DNA of 64,000 bases from an uncultured SAR116 cluster alpha proteobacterium. Its GTDB lineage: Bacteria; Pseudomonadota; Alphaproteobacteria; Puniceispirillales; Marisalimonadaceae. Within the stretch, counting starts at the first letter, position 1, and each line of letters begins with the position of its first letter. The translations under genes and the position numbers were made by a program. The DNA is taken from contig CACEFQ010000005.1 in NCBI GenBank assembly GCA_902558885.1, positions 43,659 through 107,658 of the forward strand, read 5' to 3'. The notes below the pieces were generated by a model. That model did no database searches. It worked only from the letters and a program-made list of their open reading frames with translations, and was not told the origin of the DNA. Positions 30,411 to 40,659 of the stretch are shown piece after piece.

Positions 30411-30944
30411 ATGTCAAGAGTTGGTCAAGCCATTATCAATATACCTAATGGTGTTGAAGTTAAAAAAGTAGACAATAAATTTTTAGTAAAAGGTTCTAAG
30501 GGTGAACTAAACGCTCCACTAGATGAAACAGTTGATGTAACATTTAATGAAAAAGAAATTAAGGTAGAGCTCAAGGACAAAAATACTAAAAATAAAGCAA
30601 TTTGGGGAACTACAAGAGCACTGATTAATAATGCTGTTAAAGGTGTAAGTGTTGGTTTTGAAAAAGAAATGGAAATTGTTGGTGTGGGTTATAGAGGTGC
30701 GCTGCAAGGAAAAAAATTAACCCTAAACCTTGGATTAAGTCATCCTGTAGAAATTGAAGTTCCAGATTATATCACTATAAAAATGGATGGTAATACAAAA
30801 TTTATTATTTCTAGCGCAGATAAGCAAAAACTAGGGGAATTTGCCGCAATGGTTCGTTCTAAGAGACCACCAGAGCCATTTAAAGGTAAAGGAATACGTT
30901 ATAGTAATGAATTTATTTTAAGAAAAGAAGGTAAGAAAAAATAG
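30411..30944 (+). CDS. rplF: 50S ribosomal protein L6
   Basis: [23 protein letters not shown]; start at ATG 30411 after AGGAG. Confidence 0.98.
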   Translation: MSRVGQAIINIPNGVEVKKVDNKFLVKGSKGELNAPLDETVDVTFNEKEIKVELKDKNTKNKAIWGTTRALINNAVKGVSVGFEKEMEIVGVGYRGALQGKKLTLNLGLSHPVEIEVPDYITIKMDGNTKFIISSADKQKLGEFAAMVRSKRPPEPFKGKGIRYSNEFILRKEGKKK

Positions 30945-30952
30945 AGGGTAAA

Positions 30953-31315
30953 ATGGGTATTTCAGTATCTTTGCACAATAAAAGAAAATTAAGAAACAGA
31001 AAAGCTTTAAAGAGCAAATCTTATGGTAAACTGAGATTATCTGTATTTAGGTCAAGTCGTCATATCTATGGTCAAATAATTGATGATGATCAGGGAATTA
31101 CAATCACGGCTGCTTCCAGTCTTGAAAGTAATATAAAAAAACAGTTTAAAAATTGTGGTACTAAAGAGGTTGCAACTGTAGTTGGAAGGTTAATAGCAGA
31201 AAAAGCTATAAAAAAAGGTATAAAAAATGTTGTATTCGACAGAGGTGGTTACATTTATCACGGAAGGGTTAAAAACTTAGCAGATGCGGCTAGAGAAAGT
31301 GGTTTAATATTTTAG
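30953..31315 (+). CDS. rplR: 50S ribosomal protein L18
   Basis: [19 protein letters not shown]. Confidence 0.98.
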   Translation: MGISVSLHNKRKLRNRKALKSKSYGKLRLSVFRSSRHIYGQIIDDDQGITITAASSLESNIKKQFKNCGTKEVATVVGRLIAEKAIKKGIKNVVFDRGGYIYHGRVKNLADAARESGLIF

Positions 31316-31324
31316 GGGCAAATA

Positions 31325-31897
31325 ATGGCAAGAATCGAAAAACAAGATAAAAAAACTTATAAAGATGATACTGACCTTGTAGACAAGTTAGTTGGAATAA
31401 ATAGAGTTGCTAAAGTTGTAAAAGGTGGTAGGCGCTTTGGTTTTGCTGCGCTCGTTGTAGTTGGAGATCAAAGAGGAAAAGTTGGTTTTGGAACTGGTAA
31501 AGCTAAAGAAGTTCCTGAAGCAATTAAAAAAGCAACAGATGATGCCAAAAAAAATATGGTAAAAGTTCCATTAAAAGAAGGTAGAACATTACATCATGAT
31601 ATGAAAGGTCATTTTGGAGCTGGTAGAGTTGTTCTTAGAACAGCACCTTCTGGAACAGGTATAATTGCAGGTGGTCCAATGAGAGCTGTTTTTGAAACCT
31701 TAGGAGTGCAAGATATTGTAGCAAAGTCAATTGGTACGTCTAATCCACACAATATGATAAAAGCAACTTTTAATGCTTTTTCATCAATGCATTCCCCAAG
31801 AAATGTGGCTAATAAAAGAGGTAGAAAAGTTTCTGAAATTTTTGGAAATAAACTAAATTCTGATACAAACTCTAACGCTAATGCTAATGCTAGTTAG
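31325..31897 (+). CDS. rpsE: 30S ribosomal protein S5
   Basis: [30 protein letters not shown]. Confidence 0.99.
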   Translation: MARIEKQDKKTYKDDTDLVDKLVGINRVAKVVKGGRRFGFAALVVVGDQRGKVGFGTGKAKEVPEAIKKATDDAKKNMVKVPLKEGRTLHHDMKGHFGAGRVVLRTAPSGTGIIAGGPMRAVFETLGVQDIVAKSIGTSNPHNMIKATFNAFSSMHSPRNVANKRGRKVSEIFGNKLNSDTNSNANANAS

Positions 31898-31905
31898 GAA
31901 GCAAA

Positions 31906-32088
31906 ATGTCAAATAAAAAAACAATTATTGTAACACAAAAGAAAAGTCCAATAGGCAGACAATCATATCAAAGAAAAACATTAATTGGTCTTGGTTTAAA
32001 CAAAATTGGTAGATCTAAAGAATTAGAGGATACACCCTCAATAAGGGGTATGATAGGTAAAGTTAAACATCTAGTCGAAGTTAATTGA
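31906..32088 (+). CDS. rpmD: 50S ribosomal protein L30
   Basis: [26 protein letters not shown]. Confidence 0.98.
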   Translation: MSNKKTIIVTQKKSPIGRQSYQRKTLIGLGLNKIGRSKELEDTPSIRGMIGKVKHLVEVN

Positions 32089-32118
32089 TTAACATTTTTT
32101 GCTAGATAGGAGTATAAA

Positions 32119-32619
32119 ATGAAACTTAACGTAATAAAAGACAACTTAGGATCAACTAAGTCTCGCAAAAGGATTGGTAGAGGCATAGGTTCAGGTAAGG
32201 GTAAAACATCTGGGAAAGGTCACAAAGGTCAAAAGTCCAGATCTGGTGTTTCCATAAAAGGTTTTGAAGGTGGGCAAATGCCAATTCATAGACGTTTACC
32301 TAAAAGAGGTTTTACGAATATAAATAGGATTAATTATACTGAACTAAACTTAGATAATATTCAAAAGCTTGTTGATGGCAAAAAAATTGATCCAAAGAAA
32401 ATAATAAGTTACAAAACACTCTTTGATTTAGGATTAGTTAAATCAAAAAAAGCTAAAATAAAACTTTTAGGTAAAGGTGATATTAAAGTTAAAATTGATA
32501 TAGAAGTATCAGCTTTTTCTAAGTCAGCAAAAGACAGTGTTGAGAAAATTGGTGGTTCAGTAACTATTCTTGATGATAAAAATAAATCTATAAATCAAGA
32601 TAAAAAAACTGGAGTTTAA
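32119..32619 (+). CDS. rplO: 50S ribosomal protein L15
   Basis: GRGIGSGKGKT, GFEGGQMP, RRLPKRGF. Confidence 0.99.
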   Translation: MKLNVIKDNLGSTKSRKRIGRGIGSGKGKTSGKGHKGQKSRSGVSIKGFEGGQMPIHRRLPKRGFTNINRINYTELNLDNIQKLVDGKKIDPKKIISYKTLFDLGLVKSKKAKIKLLGKGDIKVKIDIEVSAFSKSAKDSVEKIGGSVTILDDKNKSINQDKKTGV

Positions 32620-32622
32620 TTT

Positions 32623-33951
32623 ATGGCTAATGAAAGTATGTTTGGTGTATTGGGTCAAGCTACCGAACTACGACAAAGAATATTATTTACACTTGGTGCT
32701 TTAATTGTATATAGATTAGGTACATATATACCTGTACCTGGTATAAATGCTGTAGCTTTATCTGAAATTGTAAATAATGCCAACAGTGGTGTTTTGGGAA
32801 TGTTTAATATGTTCTCTGGTGGCGCTTTAGGACGTATGACTATATTTGCTCTAACAATTCTCCCCTATATTTCTGCTGCAATTATTATGCAACTAATGAC
32901 ATCAATTTCACCACAGATGTCTCAACTTAAAAAAGAAGGAGAGTCAGGTAGAAAAACCATAAATCAATACACAAGATACTTAACCGTTTTACTTGCTACA
33001 GTGCAAGCTTATGGTTTTGCAGTTGCATTAGAGGGCACTTCAGGATCATCAGGATCACTAGTAAACAATCCAGGTGTTTTTTTTAAGATTACAACTGTAG
33101 TTACTTTAGTTGGGTCAGTAATGTTTTTACTTTGGTTAGGAGAGCAGATTACTTCTCGGGGAATAGGTAATGGTGTGTCATTAATTATCTTTGCTGGAAT
33201 AGTAGCGGAATTACCTAGAGCTATAGCTCAAATTTTAGAACAAGGAAGAACTGGCTCGATATCAACATTTTTAATTATTGGAATTTTGATCCTAGCTATT
33301 GCAGTTATAATTTTTATTGTTTTTATTGAACGTTCACAGAGAAAAATTATTGTCCAATACCCAAAGAGACAAATGGGAAACAAGATGTTTGCTGGTGATT
33401 CTTCACACTTACCTTTGAAAATTAATGTTCCTGGTGTAATACCACCTATATTTGCTTCAGCTTTATTGTTGTTACCAACCTCATTATCATCATTTTCTGG
33501 ATTAGATGGTAATAGTTCTGACTGGGTATTAACATTAAATTCATATTTTGGAAGAGGTCAACCTCTATATCTCGCTATATATATTGGTCTAATTGTATTT
33601 TTTGCCTTTTTTTATACAGCTATTGTATTCAATCCAGACGAAACTGCTGATAATCTTAAAAAAAATGGGGGATATGTTCCAGGAATAAGACCAGGTCCTC
33701 CGACTGCAGATTACTTAGATTTTGTTTTAACAAGATTGACAGCAATTGGTGCAACTTACCTTGCAGCAGTTTGTATTTTACCAGAAATCTTGATATCAAA
33801 GTATTCAATTCCTTTTTATCTAGGTGGAACTAGTTTATTGATTGTGGTTACTGTTTCCATGGACACAGTATCACAAGCTCAATCGCATTTAATTGCGCAT
33901 AGGTATTCAGGTTTGATAAAAAAGACAAAACTAAGAGGTGGGAGGCGTTAA
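32623..33951 (+). CDS. secY: Protein translocase subunit SecY
   Basis: About 10 TM segments, IPVPGI, WLGEQITSRGIGNG, PGIRPG, GGTSLLI. Confidence 0.99.
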   Translation: MANESMFGVLGQATELRQRILFTLGALIVYRLGTYIPVPGINAVALSEIVNNANSGVLGMFNMFSGGALGRMTIFALTILPYISAAIIMQLMTSISPQMSQLKKEGESGRKTINQYTRYLTVLLATVQAYGFAVALEGTSGSSGSLVNNPGVFFKITTVVTLVGSVMFLLWLGEQITSRGIGNGVSLIIFAGIVAELPRAIAQILEQGRTGSISTFLIIGILILAIAVIIFIVFIERSQRKIIVQYPKRQMGNKMFAGDSSHLPLKINVPGVIPPIFASALLLLPTSLSSFSGLDGNSSDWVLTLNSYFGRGQPLYLAIYIGLIVFFAFFYTAIVFNPDETADNLKKNGGYVPGIRPGPPTADYLDFVLTRLTAIGATYLAAVCILPEILISKYSIPFYLGGTSLLIVVTVSMDTVSQAQSHLIAHRYSGLIKKTKLRGGRR

Positions 33952-34518
33952 ATGAATTTAATACTTTTTGGTCCTCCTGGAGCTGGCAAAGGGACACAAG
34001 CAGAAATTTTAATTAACAAATACAACATTGTTCAGATCTCAACTGGAGACATGTTAAGAGAAGAAGTCAAATTAGAAACAGATCTAGGAAAAGCTGCTAA
34101 AATCATTATGGAAAAAGGTAATTTAGTGTCTGATGAAATTATAATTTCAATGATTGAAAAAAGAATTATTAAACCAGATTGCAAAAATGGTTTTATTCTT
34201 GATGGTTTTCCAAGAACGCTTCAACAGGCTATAGATTTAGATAATATTTTAGATAAGTTAAAAATAAATATAGATATGGTTATAGAAATACATGTTAATG
34301 AGGATATTCTTTTAAAAAGGATTAATAAAAGAGCATTAGAAAGCAAAACTAAAAGAGATGACGATAATTCTGAAATTTTAAAGAATAGAATTGTAGTTTA
34401 CAAAAAAGATACAATGCCAGTATTGGAATATTACAAAAATTTAAATAAATTATACTCAGTCGATGGTATGAAAAATGTAGAAGAGGTATCGAAGGATATT
34501 CAAAATATATTATCTTGA
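33952..34518 (+). CDS. adk: Adenylate kinase (short-LID type)
   Basis: GPPGAGKGTQ, STGDMLR, LDGFPRT, RDDD. Confidence 0.98.
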   Translation: MNLILFGPPGAGKGTQAEILINKYNIVQISTGDMLREEVKLETDLGKAAKIIMEKGNLVSDEIIISMIEKRIIKPDCKNGFILDGFPRTLQQAIDLDNILDKLKINIDMVIEIHVNEDILLKRINKRALESKTKRDDDNSEILKNRIVVYKKDTMPVLEYYKNLNKLYSVDGMKNVEEVSKDIQNILS

Positions 34519-34526
34519 TTATAAAG

Positions 34527-34554
34527 TTGACTGTAGATCTTTTAATATTATAAT
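34527..34554 (+). promoter_or_regulatory. Putative sigma70 promoter of the alpha operon
   Basis: TTGACT (34527-34532), 16 nt, TATAAT (34549-34554), upstream of rpsM. Confidence 0.65.
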
Positions 34555-34609
34555 CCCCGGTTTATTTAGTTTCAAATAGACCTTAATTGAAGAAAAAAAG
34601 GAGAGTTTA

Positions 34610-34978
34610 GTGGCACGTATTGCAGGCGTTAATGTACCAACTAATAAAAGAGTTCTTGTTGCACTTACATATGTCCATGGTATTGGATTAACTAGTTCTA
34701 AAAATATATGTAAAAAAGTTGGAGTTGCTGAAGATAAAAGAATTAATAGTCTATCAGAAGATGAACTTACTAAAATCAGAGATTTAATTGATACAGATTA
34801 TCTAGTTGAGGGTGATTTAAGAAGAAAAACTTCAATGGATATAAAGAGATATTTAGATTTGGGTTGTTTGAGAGGTCTTAGACATAGGAAGAACTTACCG
34901 GTAAGAGGTCAGAGAACACACACTAACGCAAGAACAAGAAAAGGCCCTGCTAAAGCAATCGCAGGAAAGAAGAAATAA
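34610..34978 (+). CDS. rpsM: 30S ribosomal protein S13
   Basis: [30 protein letters not shown]; GTG start with AGGAG. Confidence 0.99.
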   Translation: MARIAGVNVPTNKRVLVALTYVHGIGLTSSKNICKKVGVAEDKRINSLSEDELTKIRDLIDTDYLVEGDLRRKTSMDIKRYLDLGCLRGLRHRKNLPVRGQRTHTNARTRKGPAKAIAGKKK

Positions 34979-34999
34979 TATTTATAAGGGAGCTAAATA

Positions 35000-35395
35000 A
35001 TGGCTAAACAACCTACGCAAACTAGGGTTCGTCGTAAAGAAAAAAAGAATGTTACTAACGCTGTAGCTCATGTTAATTCATCTTTTAATAATACCGTGAT
35101 AACTATTACAGATATACAAGGTAATGCTATTTCCTGGTCCTCGTCAGGTGCAATGGGTTTTAAGGGTTCTAGAAAGTCAACTCCATATGCAGCACAACTT
35201 GCAGCCGAAGACGCTGGCAAAAAAGCTTCCGAACATGGCGTTAAAACAGTTGATATTCAAGTTCAAGGTCCTGGTTCAGGAAGGGAGTCAGCTTTAAGAG
35301 CATTACAAACAATTGGTTTCCAAGTTAACTCTATTAGAGATGTTACACCAATTCCTCATAACGGGTGTAGGCCGAAAAAACGAAGAAGAGTATAG
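35000..35395 (+). CDS. rpsK: 30S ribosomal protein S11
   Basis: [31 protein letters not shown]. Confidence 0.99.
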   Translation: MAKQPTQTRVRRKEKKNVTNAVAHVNSSFNNTVITITDIQGNAISWSSSGAMGFKGSRKSTPYAAQLAAEDAGKKASEHGVKTVDIQVQGPGSGRESALRALQTIGFQVNSIRDVTPIPHNGCRPKKRRRV

Positions 35396-35446
35396 ATAAA
35401 CAATTAAAAAAATTTATAACAAAATTATTATTTACAGAGAGTAATC

Positions 35447-36463
35447 ATGATTGAAAAGAATTGGAAAGAAATAATCAAACCATCGAAGCTAGAGGTTAAA
35501 GAAGAGAGTAACTCTGAAAATACTTCAATAATTATTGCTGAGCCTCTTGAAAGAGGATATGGAGTTACGATAGGAAATGCTCTTAGAAGGATACTTCTTT
35601 CATCACTTCAGGGTTCTGCGATTACTTCAATTCAGGTTCAAGGAGTACTTCATGAGTTTTCTTCCATACCAGGGGTAAGAGAGGATCTCACTGATATTAT
35701 TTTGAATGTTAAAGGAATCAAGGTTAGAATGGATTATGATGGAATAAAGAAAATCCAACTTAATGTAAACGGTCCTGCTACAGTGACGGCTGGTATGATA
35801 GATTGCCCAGCTGAAGTTGAAATTATGAATAAAGATCACGAAATTTGTACCCTAGATAATGGAGCAAATCTGTCTGTGGAATTCACTGTAGAAAACGGTA
35901 AAGGGTATGTTTCTTCTTCAAATAATAGAAAAGATGACCTTCCAATTGGTGTTATACCAATTGATGCAATATATAGCCCTGTAGTTCAAGTTTCATATAA
36001 TGTAGACAATGCACGTGTCGGTCAACAAACCGATTATGATAAATTATCATTAGTAGTTACGACTGACGGTTCTGTTTCTCCTGAAGATGCTGTTGCATTT
36101 TCTGCTAGAATTATGCAAGACCAATTAAGTAATTTCATAAATTTTGAAGAACCAGAAGAAGAAGAAGTTACTGAAGTTTTAGAAGATCTTCCATTTAACA
36201 AAAATCTTCTTAGAAAAGTCGACGAATTGGAGTTATCTGTAAGGTCAGCAAATTGCTTAAAAAATGATAACATTGTATACATTGGTGATTTAGTTCAAAG
36301 ATCAGAGCCTGAAATGTTACGTACACCAAATTTTGGTAGAAAAAGCTTAAATGAGATAAGAGAAGTTTTAAAAGTTATGGGATTGGAACTAGGAATGGCT
36401 GTCGACAATTGGCCACCGGAAAATATTGAGGAATTAGTTAAAAGAATAGAGGAACCATTCTAA
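35447..36463 (+). CDS. rpoA: RNA polymerase alpha subunit
   Basis: [43 protein letters not shown]. Confidence 0.99.
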   Translation: MIEKNWKEIIKPSKLEVKEESNSENTSIIIAEPLERGYGVTIGNALRRILLSSLQGSAITSIQVQGVLHEFSSIPGVREDLTDIILNVKGIKVRMDYDGIKKIQLNVNGPATVTAGMIDCPAEVEIMNKDHEICTLDNGANLSVEFTVENGKGYVSSSNNRKDDLPIGVIPIDAIYSPVVQVSYNVDNARVGQQTDYDKLSLVVTTDGSVSPEDAVAFSARIMQDQLSNFINFEEPEEEEVTEVLEDLPFNKNLLRKVDELELSVRSANCLKNDNIVYIGDLVQRSEPEMLRTPNFGRKSLNEIREVLKVMGLELGMAVDNWPPENIEELVKRIEEPF

Positions 36464-36490
36464 TTCAATTAAAAAATTTAGGAGTATGTG

Positions 36491-36931
36491 ATGAAACACA
36501 GGATAAAGGGTAAAAAATTAAACAGAAGCTCTTCTCATAGAAAAGCTCTTTTTAAAAATATGGCACAGGCTATAATTAAGCATGAACAAATAATAACAAC
36601 TTTACCTAAAGCCAAAACAATGAAGCCGATAATAGATAAACTTATTTCTTTGGGTAAAAAAGGAAGCTTGCATGCAAGAAGACAAGCATTTTCTCAATTA
36701 AGAGATGAAAATATTGTTTCAAAATTGTTTGGTGACCTTGCATCTAGATATGCTGATAGACAAGGAGGATATTCAAGGGTTTTAAAAGCTGGCTTCAGGT
36801 ATGGGGATGCAGCTGCTATGGCCGTTCTTGAATTGGTTGATAGAGATGAAGATGCGAGAGGTAAAGATAGTGGACCAGTGCAAATAAATAACGTAAGCGA
36901 AGATGAACCAAAAGAAGCAGTTGCTGGGTAG
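36491..36931 (+). CDS. rplQ: 50S ribosomal protein L17
   Basis: [27 protein letters not shown]; ATG 36491 lies 6 nt after AGGAG. Confidence 0.99.
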   Translation: MKHRIKGKKLNRSSSHRKALFKNMAQAIIKHEQIITTLPKAKTMKPIIDKLISLGKKGSLHARRQAFSQLRDENIVSKLFGDLASRYADRQGGYSRVLKAGFRYGDAAAMAVLELVDRDEDARGKDSGPVQINNVSEDEPKEAVAG

Positions 36932-36951
36932 TTTTGCACTATAAAAATTTC

Positions 36952-36985
36952 AAAACCGTTCAAATAATATGAACGGTTTTTTTTT
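36952..36985 (+). terminator. Intrinsic terminator ending the ribosomal protein super-operon
   Basis: AAAACCGTTCA-aataata-TGAACGGTTTT hairpin running into a T9 tract. Confidence 0.85.
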
Positions 36986-36994
36986 GAGTTAAAA

Positions 36995-37852
36995 ATGTAT
37001 TTTGATAAATTTATAGGAATAGACTGGTCTGGTAACAAAAATAATTTTCAAAAAGGGATTAGTGTTGCTGAATGTACTAGAGGTAACAAAGTTCCAAATA
37101 TAGTTAAACCTTTGGATCATAAATACTGGACAAGATCAACTTTAGTAGAATGGCTTTATAAAGAAATTAAATTACAAAGAAATTTAATAGGATTTGACTT
37201 TGCATTTTCATACCCTTTTTATGATAGATTTTGTTATTTTCCAGGAATTAAAGATAGTCCTATTAATTCAGAAAAATTATGGAAGTTGATAGAGGAAAAT
37301 AATAAAAACAGTAAAAATTTTTATGGTGGAGAAATATGGTCAAATAAAACTTTTGGTAGATTTTTTAACTCACCAAAAAGTAAAGGTTCCCTTTTTTCCA
37401 GTAGAAGAAGATTTACAGAGAGAGTTGCTAAAAATAAAATACATTCACCAAGTTCAACTTTTAATTGTGTAGGACCTGGTGCTGTTGGTACAGGCACCTT
37501 GGCAGGTATGAGAATCCTTAACTTGTTAAAAAATGAAATAAAGATTTGGCCTTTCGATGAACTTATTTTTTCAACTAAAAGTGTACTTGTTGAAATTTTT
37601 CCAACTTATTATTTTCGACTTTCTAAAGTTCAACCTGAAAAAAAAATAGGTTATACAATTGAAAACATTAATAAATCATTAAATTTTTTTAATTCAAAAC
37701 CACTTAAAAAAAATCAAATAATTTGTGGTCCTGATCAAGATGATGCAGATTCAATAATTTCATCAGCTGCATTAAGATTTTTGTCAGCTGATAAAACAAT
37801 ATGGAATGTTCCAAATTTATCTAGAAAAGAGGGATGGATTTTTGGAGTATAG
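36995..37852 (+). CDS. Hypothetical protein, DUF429-like predicted RNase H-fold nuclease
   Basis: GIDWSG, GFDFAFSYP, RRFTE, VEIFPT and DDADS motifs. Confidence 0.6.
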   Translation: MYFDKFIGIDWSGNKNNFQKGISVAECTRGNKVPNIVKPLDHKYWTRSTLVEWLYKEIKLQRNLIGFDFAFSYPFYDRFCYFPGIKDSPINSEKLWKLIEENNKNSKNFYGGEIWSNKTFGRFFNSPKSKGSLFSSRRRFTERVAKNKIHSPSSTFNCVGPGAVGTGTLAGMRILNLLKNEIKIWPFDELIFSTKSVLVEIFPTYYFRLSKVQPEKKIGYTIENINKSLNFFNSKPLKKNQIICGPDQDDADSIISSAALRFLSADKTIWNVPNLSRKEGWIFGV

Positions 37853-37881
37853 ATAAATATAATTGATAATAGAAATTTATT

Positions 37882-38886
37882 ATGTTGAATATAAAAATAC
37901 CTGAAAAAGAACATGGATCCAGACTCGATAGATGCATCAGAAGATTGCTGGGGCATATAAACCAATCACTTTTAGAAAAGTTTTTAAGATCTAGAATGAT
38001 TTTATTAGATGGGAAAAAAACTAAGTCCTCTGTGAAAGTATCATTTGGTCAAGTGTTAAATTATTCACATAAAATACGTTTTGAAAGATCTGATCTAGTA
38101 ACAAAAATAAATGAAAAAAATCTAACATATTATAAAAATTTATTTAAAAGAATATTTATAATAGAAACAAGTGAATATATCGCTTTAAATAAACCAAGTG
38201 GACTTTCTGTTCAAGGAGGTAGTAAGCAAAGGTTCCATATTGATGACATGCTAAAATGTATTTCTAACGATAATATTTCACTAAAACTTGTCCACAGAAT
38301 TGACAAAGATACATCTGGTTTATTGTTGATTGCAAAAAATAACAAGACAGCAAAAAAGTTTACGTCTTATTTTAAAGAACGAAAAATTGTTAAAACATAT
38401 CTGGCAATTGTTTCACCATCTCCAAATGATGATATGGGTATTATTGATTTACCTTTATCAAAATCTGGTTCAAAAGAATATCAAAGAATGTTAGTTGACC
38501 AAAATACGGGTAAAAGAGCTCTAACAGAATATAAAGTTATTGATAAGGTTGGATCACGTGTGGCTTTAGTTGCTCTTTATCCAAAAACAGGACGTACTCA
38601 TCAATTAAGAGTACATCTAGAATATATAAATGCCCCTATAGTTGGAGATAATAAATATAGAGGTTTATCAGAAGTATATATGTCTTTTCATAATTTTCCA
38701 GAACATAAGAAACTATCTCAGATTAAATGGAAACCAAATAATATAAAGAATTTACAATTACATGCTTATTCAATTAGAATACCTGAAAATAAAACTATCA
38801 TAGCAGAAGTCCCAGAAGATTTTAAACAAAATCTAAAATTCTTAGGGTTAAAATTACCAGAAAAATTACATGATATTTTTATTTAA
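37882..38886 (+). CDS. rluC: RluA-family pseudouridine synthase with S4 domain (RluC-like)
   Basis: RLDR S4 start, NKPSGL, HRIDKDTSG, TGRTHQLRVH, LQLHA; followed by HAD and atp12 as in other alphaproteobacteria. Confidence 0.85.
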   Translation: MLNIKIPEKEHGSRLDRCIRRLLGHINQSLLEKFLRSRMILLDGKKTKSSVKVSFGQVLNYSHKIRFERSDLVTKINEKNLTYYKNLFKRIFIIETSEYIALNKPSGLSVQGGSKQRFHIDDMLKCISNDNISLKLVHRIDKDTSGLLLIAKNNKTAKKFTSYFKERKIVKTYLAIVSPSPNDDMGIIDLPLSKSGSKEYQRMLVDQNTGKRALTEYKVIDKVGSRVALVALYPKTGRTHQLRVHLEYINAPIVGDNKYRGLSEVYMSFHNFPEHKKLSQIKWKPNNIKNLQLHAYSIRIPENKTIIAEVPEDFKQNLKFLGLKLPEKLHDIFI

Positions 38887-38903
38887 TTTTTGGAGAGTGG
38901 AAA

Positions 38904-39575
38904 TTGTCAGAAGATTTAAAATTAGCTTTATTTGATTATGATGGCACAATAGTCGATTCTGCGATAATGATTGTTCAAGGAGCTATTGAAGCTTTTAGAA
39001 TGTGTGGATTGCCAGACCCTGATCCAAAAAAAGTTAGAGAAAATATTGGGAAACCACTTGCAATTGCCTTGGATGAGTATTTACCACCAGGTTTCAATGT
39101 AACACCAGAACAAATCTCAGATGCTTATAGATCATGGTATGCAGAACAAGGTAGATTAGGTTTGCAAAATGAACCATTATACCCTGGATTAGTTGAATTA
39201 TTGAATGAGCTTAAAGAAAACAATTGGTTAATTGGAATTGCAACTAACAAGTCGAGAGTTGGATTAACAAATGGTTTGGCAAAACATAATTTATCAAAAA
39301 TTTTTGATATAACTTTAAGCACGGATGAAAATATACCTAAACCTAATCCAGCGATGGCAATTAAAGCTATGAATGATTTAGGTGTGCAAAAGGAACGTTG
39401 TGTGATGATTGGTGATACAATCAATGATATCGGGTTAGGAGTAAATGCAGGTATTATTAGTATAGGAGTTACATGGGGTTATAACAGTAACGAATTGTTA
39501 TCTTCAGCTGGAGCAAGTTATATAGTTAATGACTCGATTGAATTAAGTAAATTATTGAAAACTATATATTCCTAA
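38904..39575 (+). CDS. HAD-IA family phosphatase (phosphoglycolate phosphatase-like)
   Basis: FDYDGTIVDS, ATNK, KPNP, MIGDT. Confidence 0.92.
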   Translation: MSEDLKLALFDYDGTIVDSAIMIVQGAIEAFRMCGLPDPDPKKVRENIGKPLAIALDEYLPPGFNVTPEQISDAYRSWYAEQGRLGLQNEPLYPGLVELLNELKENNWLIGIATNKSRVGLTNGLAKHNLSKIFDITLSTDENIPKPNPAMAIKAMNDLGVQKERCVMIGDTINDIGLGVNAGIISIGVTWGYNSNELLSSAGASYIVNDSIELSKLLKTIYS

Positions 39576-39576
39576 A

Positions 39577-40269
39577 ATGAAAAAATTTTGGAAAAAAGTA
39601 AGTATAAAAAAAAAATCATCTAATTCTTTTCAAATCATGTTAGATGAAAGAATCTTACAAACCCCTTTAAAAAGGGAATTAGTACTACCAAACTTAAATT
39701 TAACACAAGAGGTTGTAAAAGAGTGGGATCAAGATTCAAAAAATATAAATACTGAATCAATGATTTTTTATGGTCTTATTTCAACTTCTTTAGATAAAAT
39801 AATAGATAATAGAAATTTCTATATCAATGATATACTTGGTTATATTGATACTGATTTAATTTGTTATCGCGCTGAAAATCCAAAAAAGTTAGTTGAACTA
39901 CAAAAAAATAAATGGGATCCAATAATTTTACTTATTGAAAGATGTATCGGGACTAAAGTACAAGTATTTCAAGGTATTTTACCTCAAAAACAACACGCTA
40001 ATTTACATAATAAGTTAAATAATTTAATTCATCAGTTTGATATTTTTGAGATTTCAGCATTACATAGAATTACAAATATTACAGGTTCTATTTTCTTGTC
40101 ATTATGTGTTTTAAAAAAATATATATCAAAAAATGAAATCTTTGAGTTGTTGTTTTTAGATGAATTGTGGCAAGCAGAAAATTGGGGTTTTGATAAAGAA
40201 TCTTCACAAAAAAGAAAAGAAATTTTTATTGAGTTAAATAGATCTATATTTTTTTTAGATTGTCTTTAA
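39577..40269 (+). CDS. atp12: ATP12 family F1-ATPase assembly chaperone
   Basis: MKKFWK, LDERILQTP, EWDQ, DTDLICYRA, LDELWQAENWG. Confidence 0.9.
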   Translation: MKKFWKKVSIKKKSSNSFQIMLDERILQTPLKRELVLPNLNLTQEVVKEWDQDSKNINTESMIFYGLISTSLDKIIDNRNFYINDILGYIDTDLICYRAENPKKLVELQKNKWDPIILLIERCIGTKVQVFQGILPQKQHANLHNKLNNLIHQFDIFEISALHRITNITGSIFLSLCVLKKYISKNEIFELLFLDELWQAENWGFDKESSQKRKEIFIELNRSIFFLDCL

Positions 40270-40287
40270 TAAAAAGTATTTATTCCT

Positions 40288-40656
40288 ATGATGAAAAAGC
40301 TAAATGAATATCACACTACGCAATTAAATCCTCATGCCAAATTATTATTTGAAGAATACAACATCGCTTTTAAAAATAAAATGTGGGCAACGGTAATTAT
40401 ATTATCCCTGACTATTATTGATAATATTTTGTATGATGAAGATAATTTAGATTATGTTGATGGATTAGATATCAATAACTTTAAAAGTTCAAAAGATTTT
40501 CATTGGTTAAGAATTAGACGAAATCAAATACTACATTTTGAAAAACCTGTAGAAGGGTTTTTTGGAAATAAAGATAGTGAGAAAACATTAAGATTAGACG
40601 CGAACCGGGCTGACACAACTCTAAAAAGATGTTTTTACATGTTATTTGGAAAATAG
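40288..40656 (+). CDS. Hypothetical alpha-helical protein with HEPN-like Rx4H motif
   Basis: Intact 122-aa ORF; AFxxxxWATVIIL...IID helix and WLRIRRNQILH. Confidence 0.6.
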   Translation: MMKKLNEYHTTQLNPHAKLLFEEYNIAFKNKMWATVIILSLTIIDNILYDEDNLDYVDGLDINNFKSSKDFHWLRIRRNQILHFEKPVEGFFGNKDSEKTLRLDANRADTTLKRCFYMLFGK

Positions 40657-40659
40657 TGA

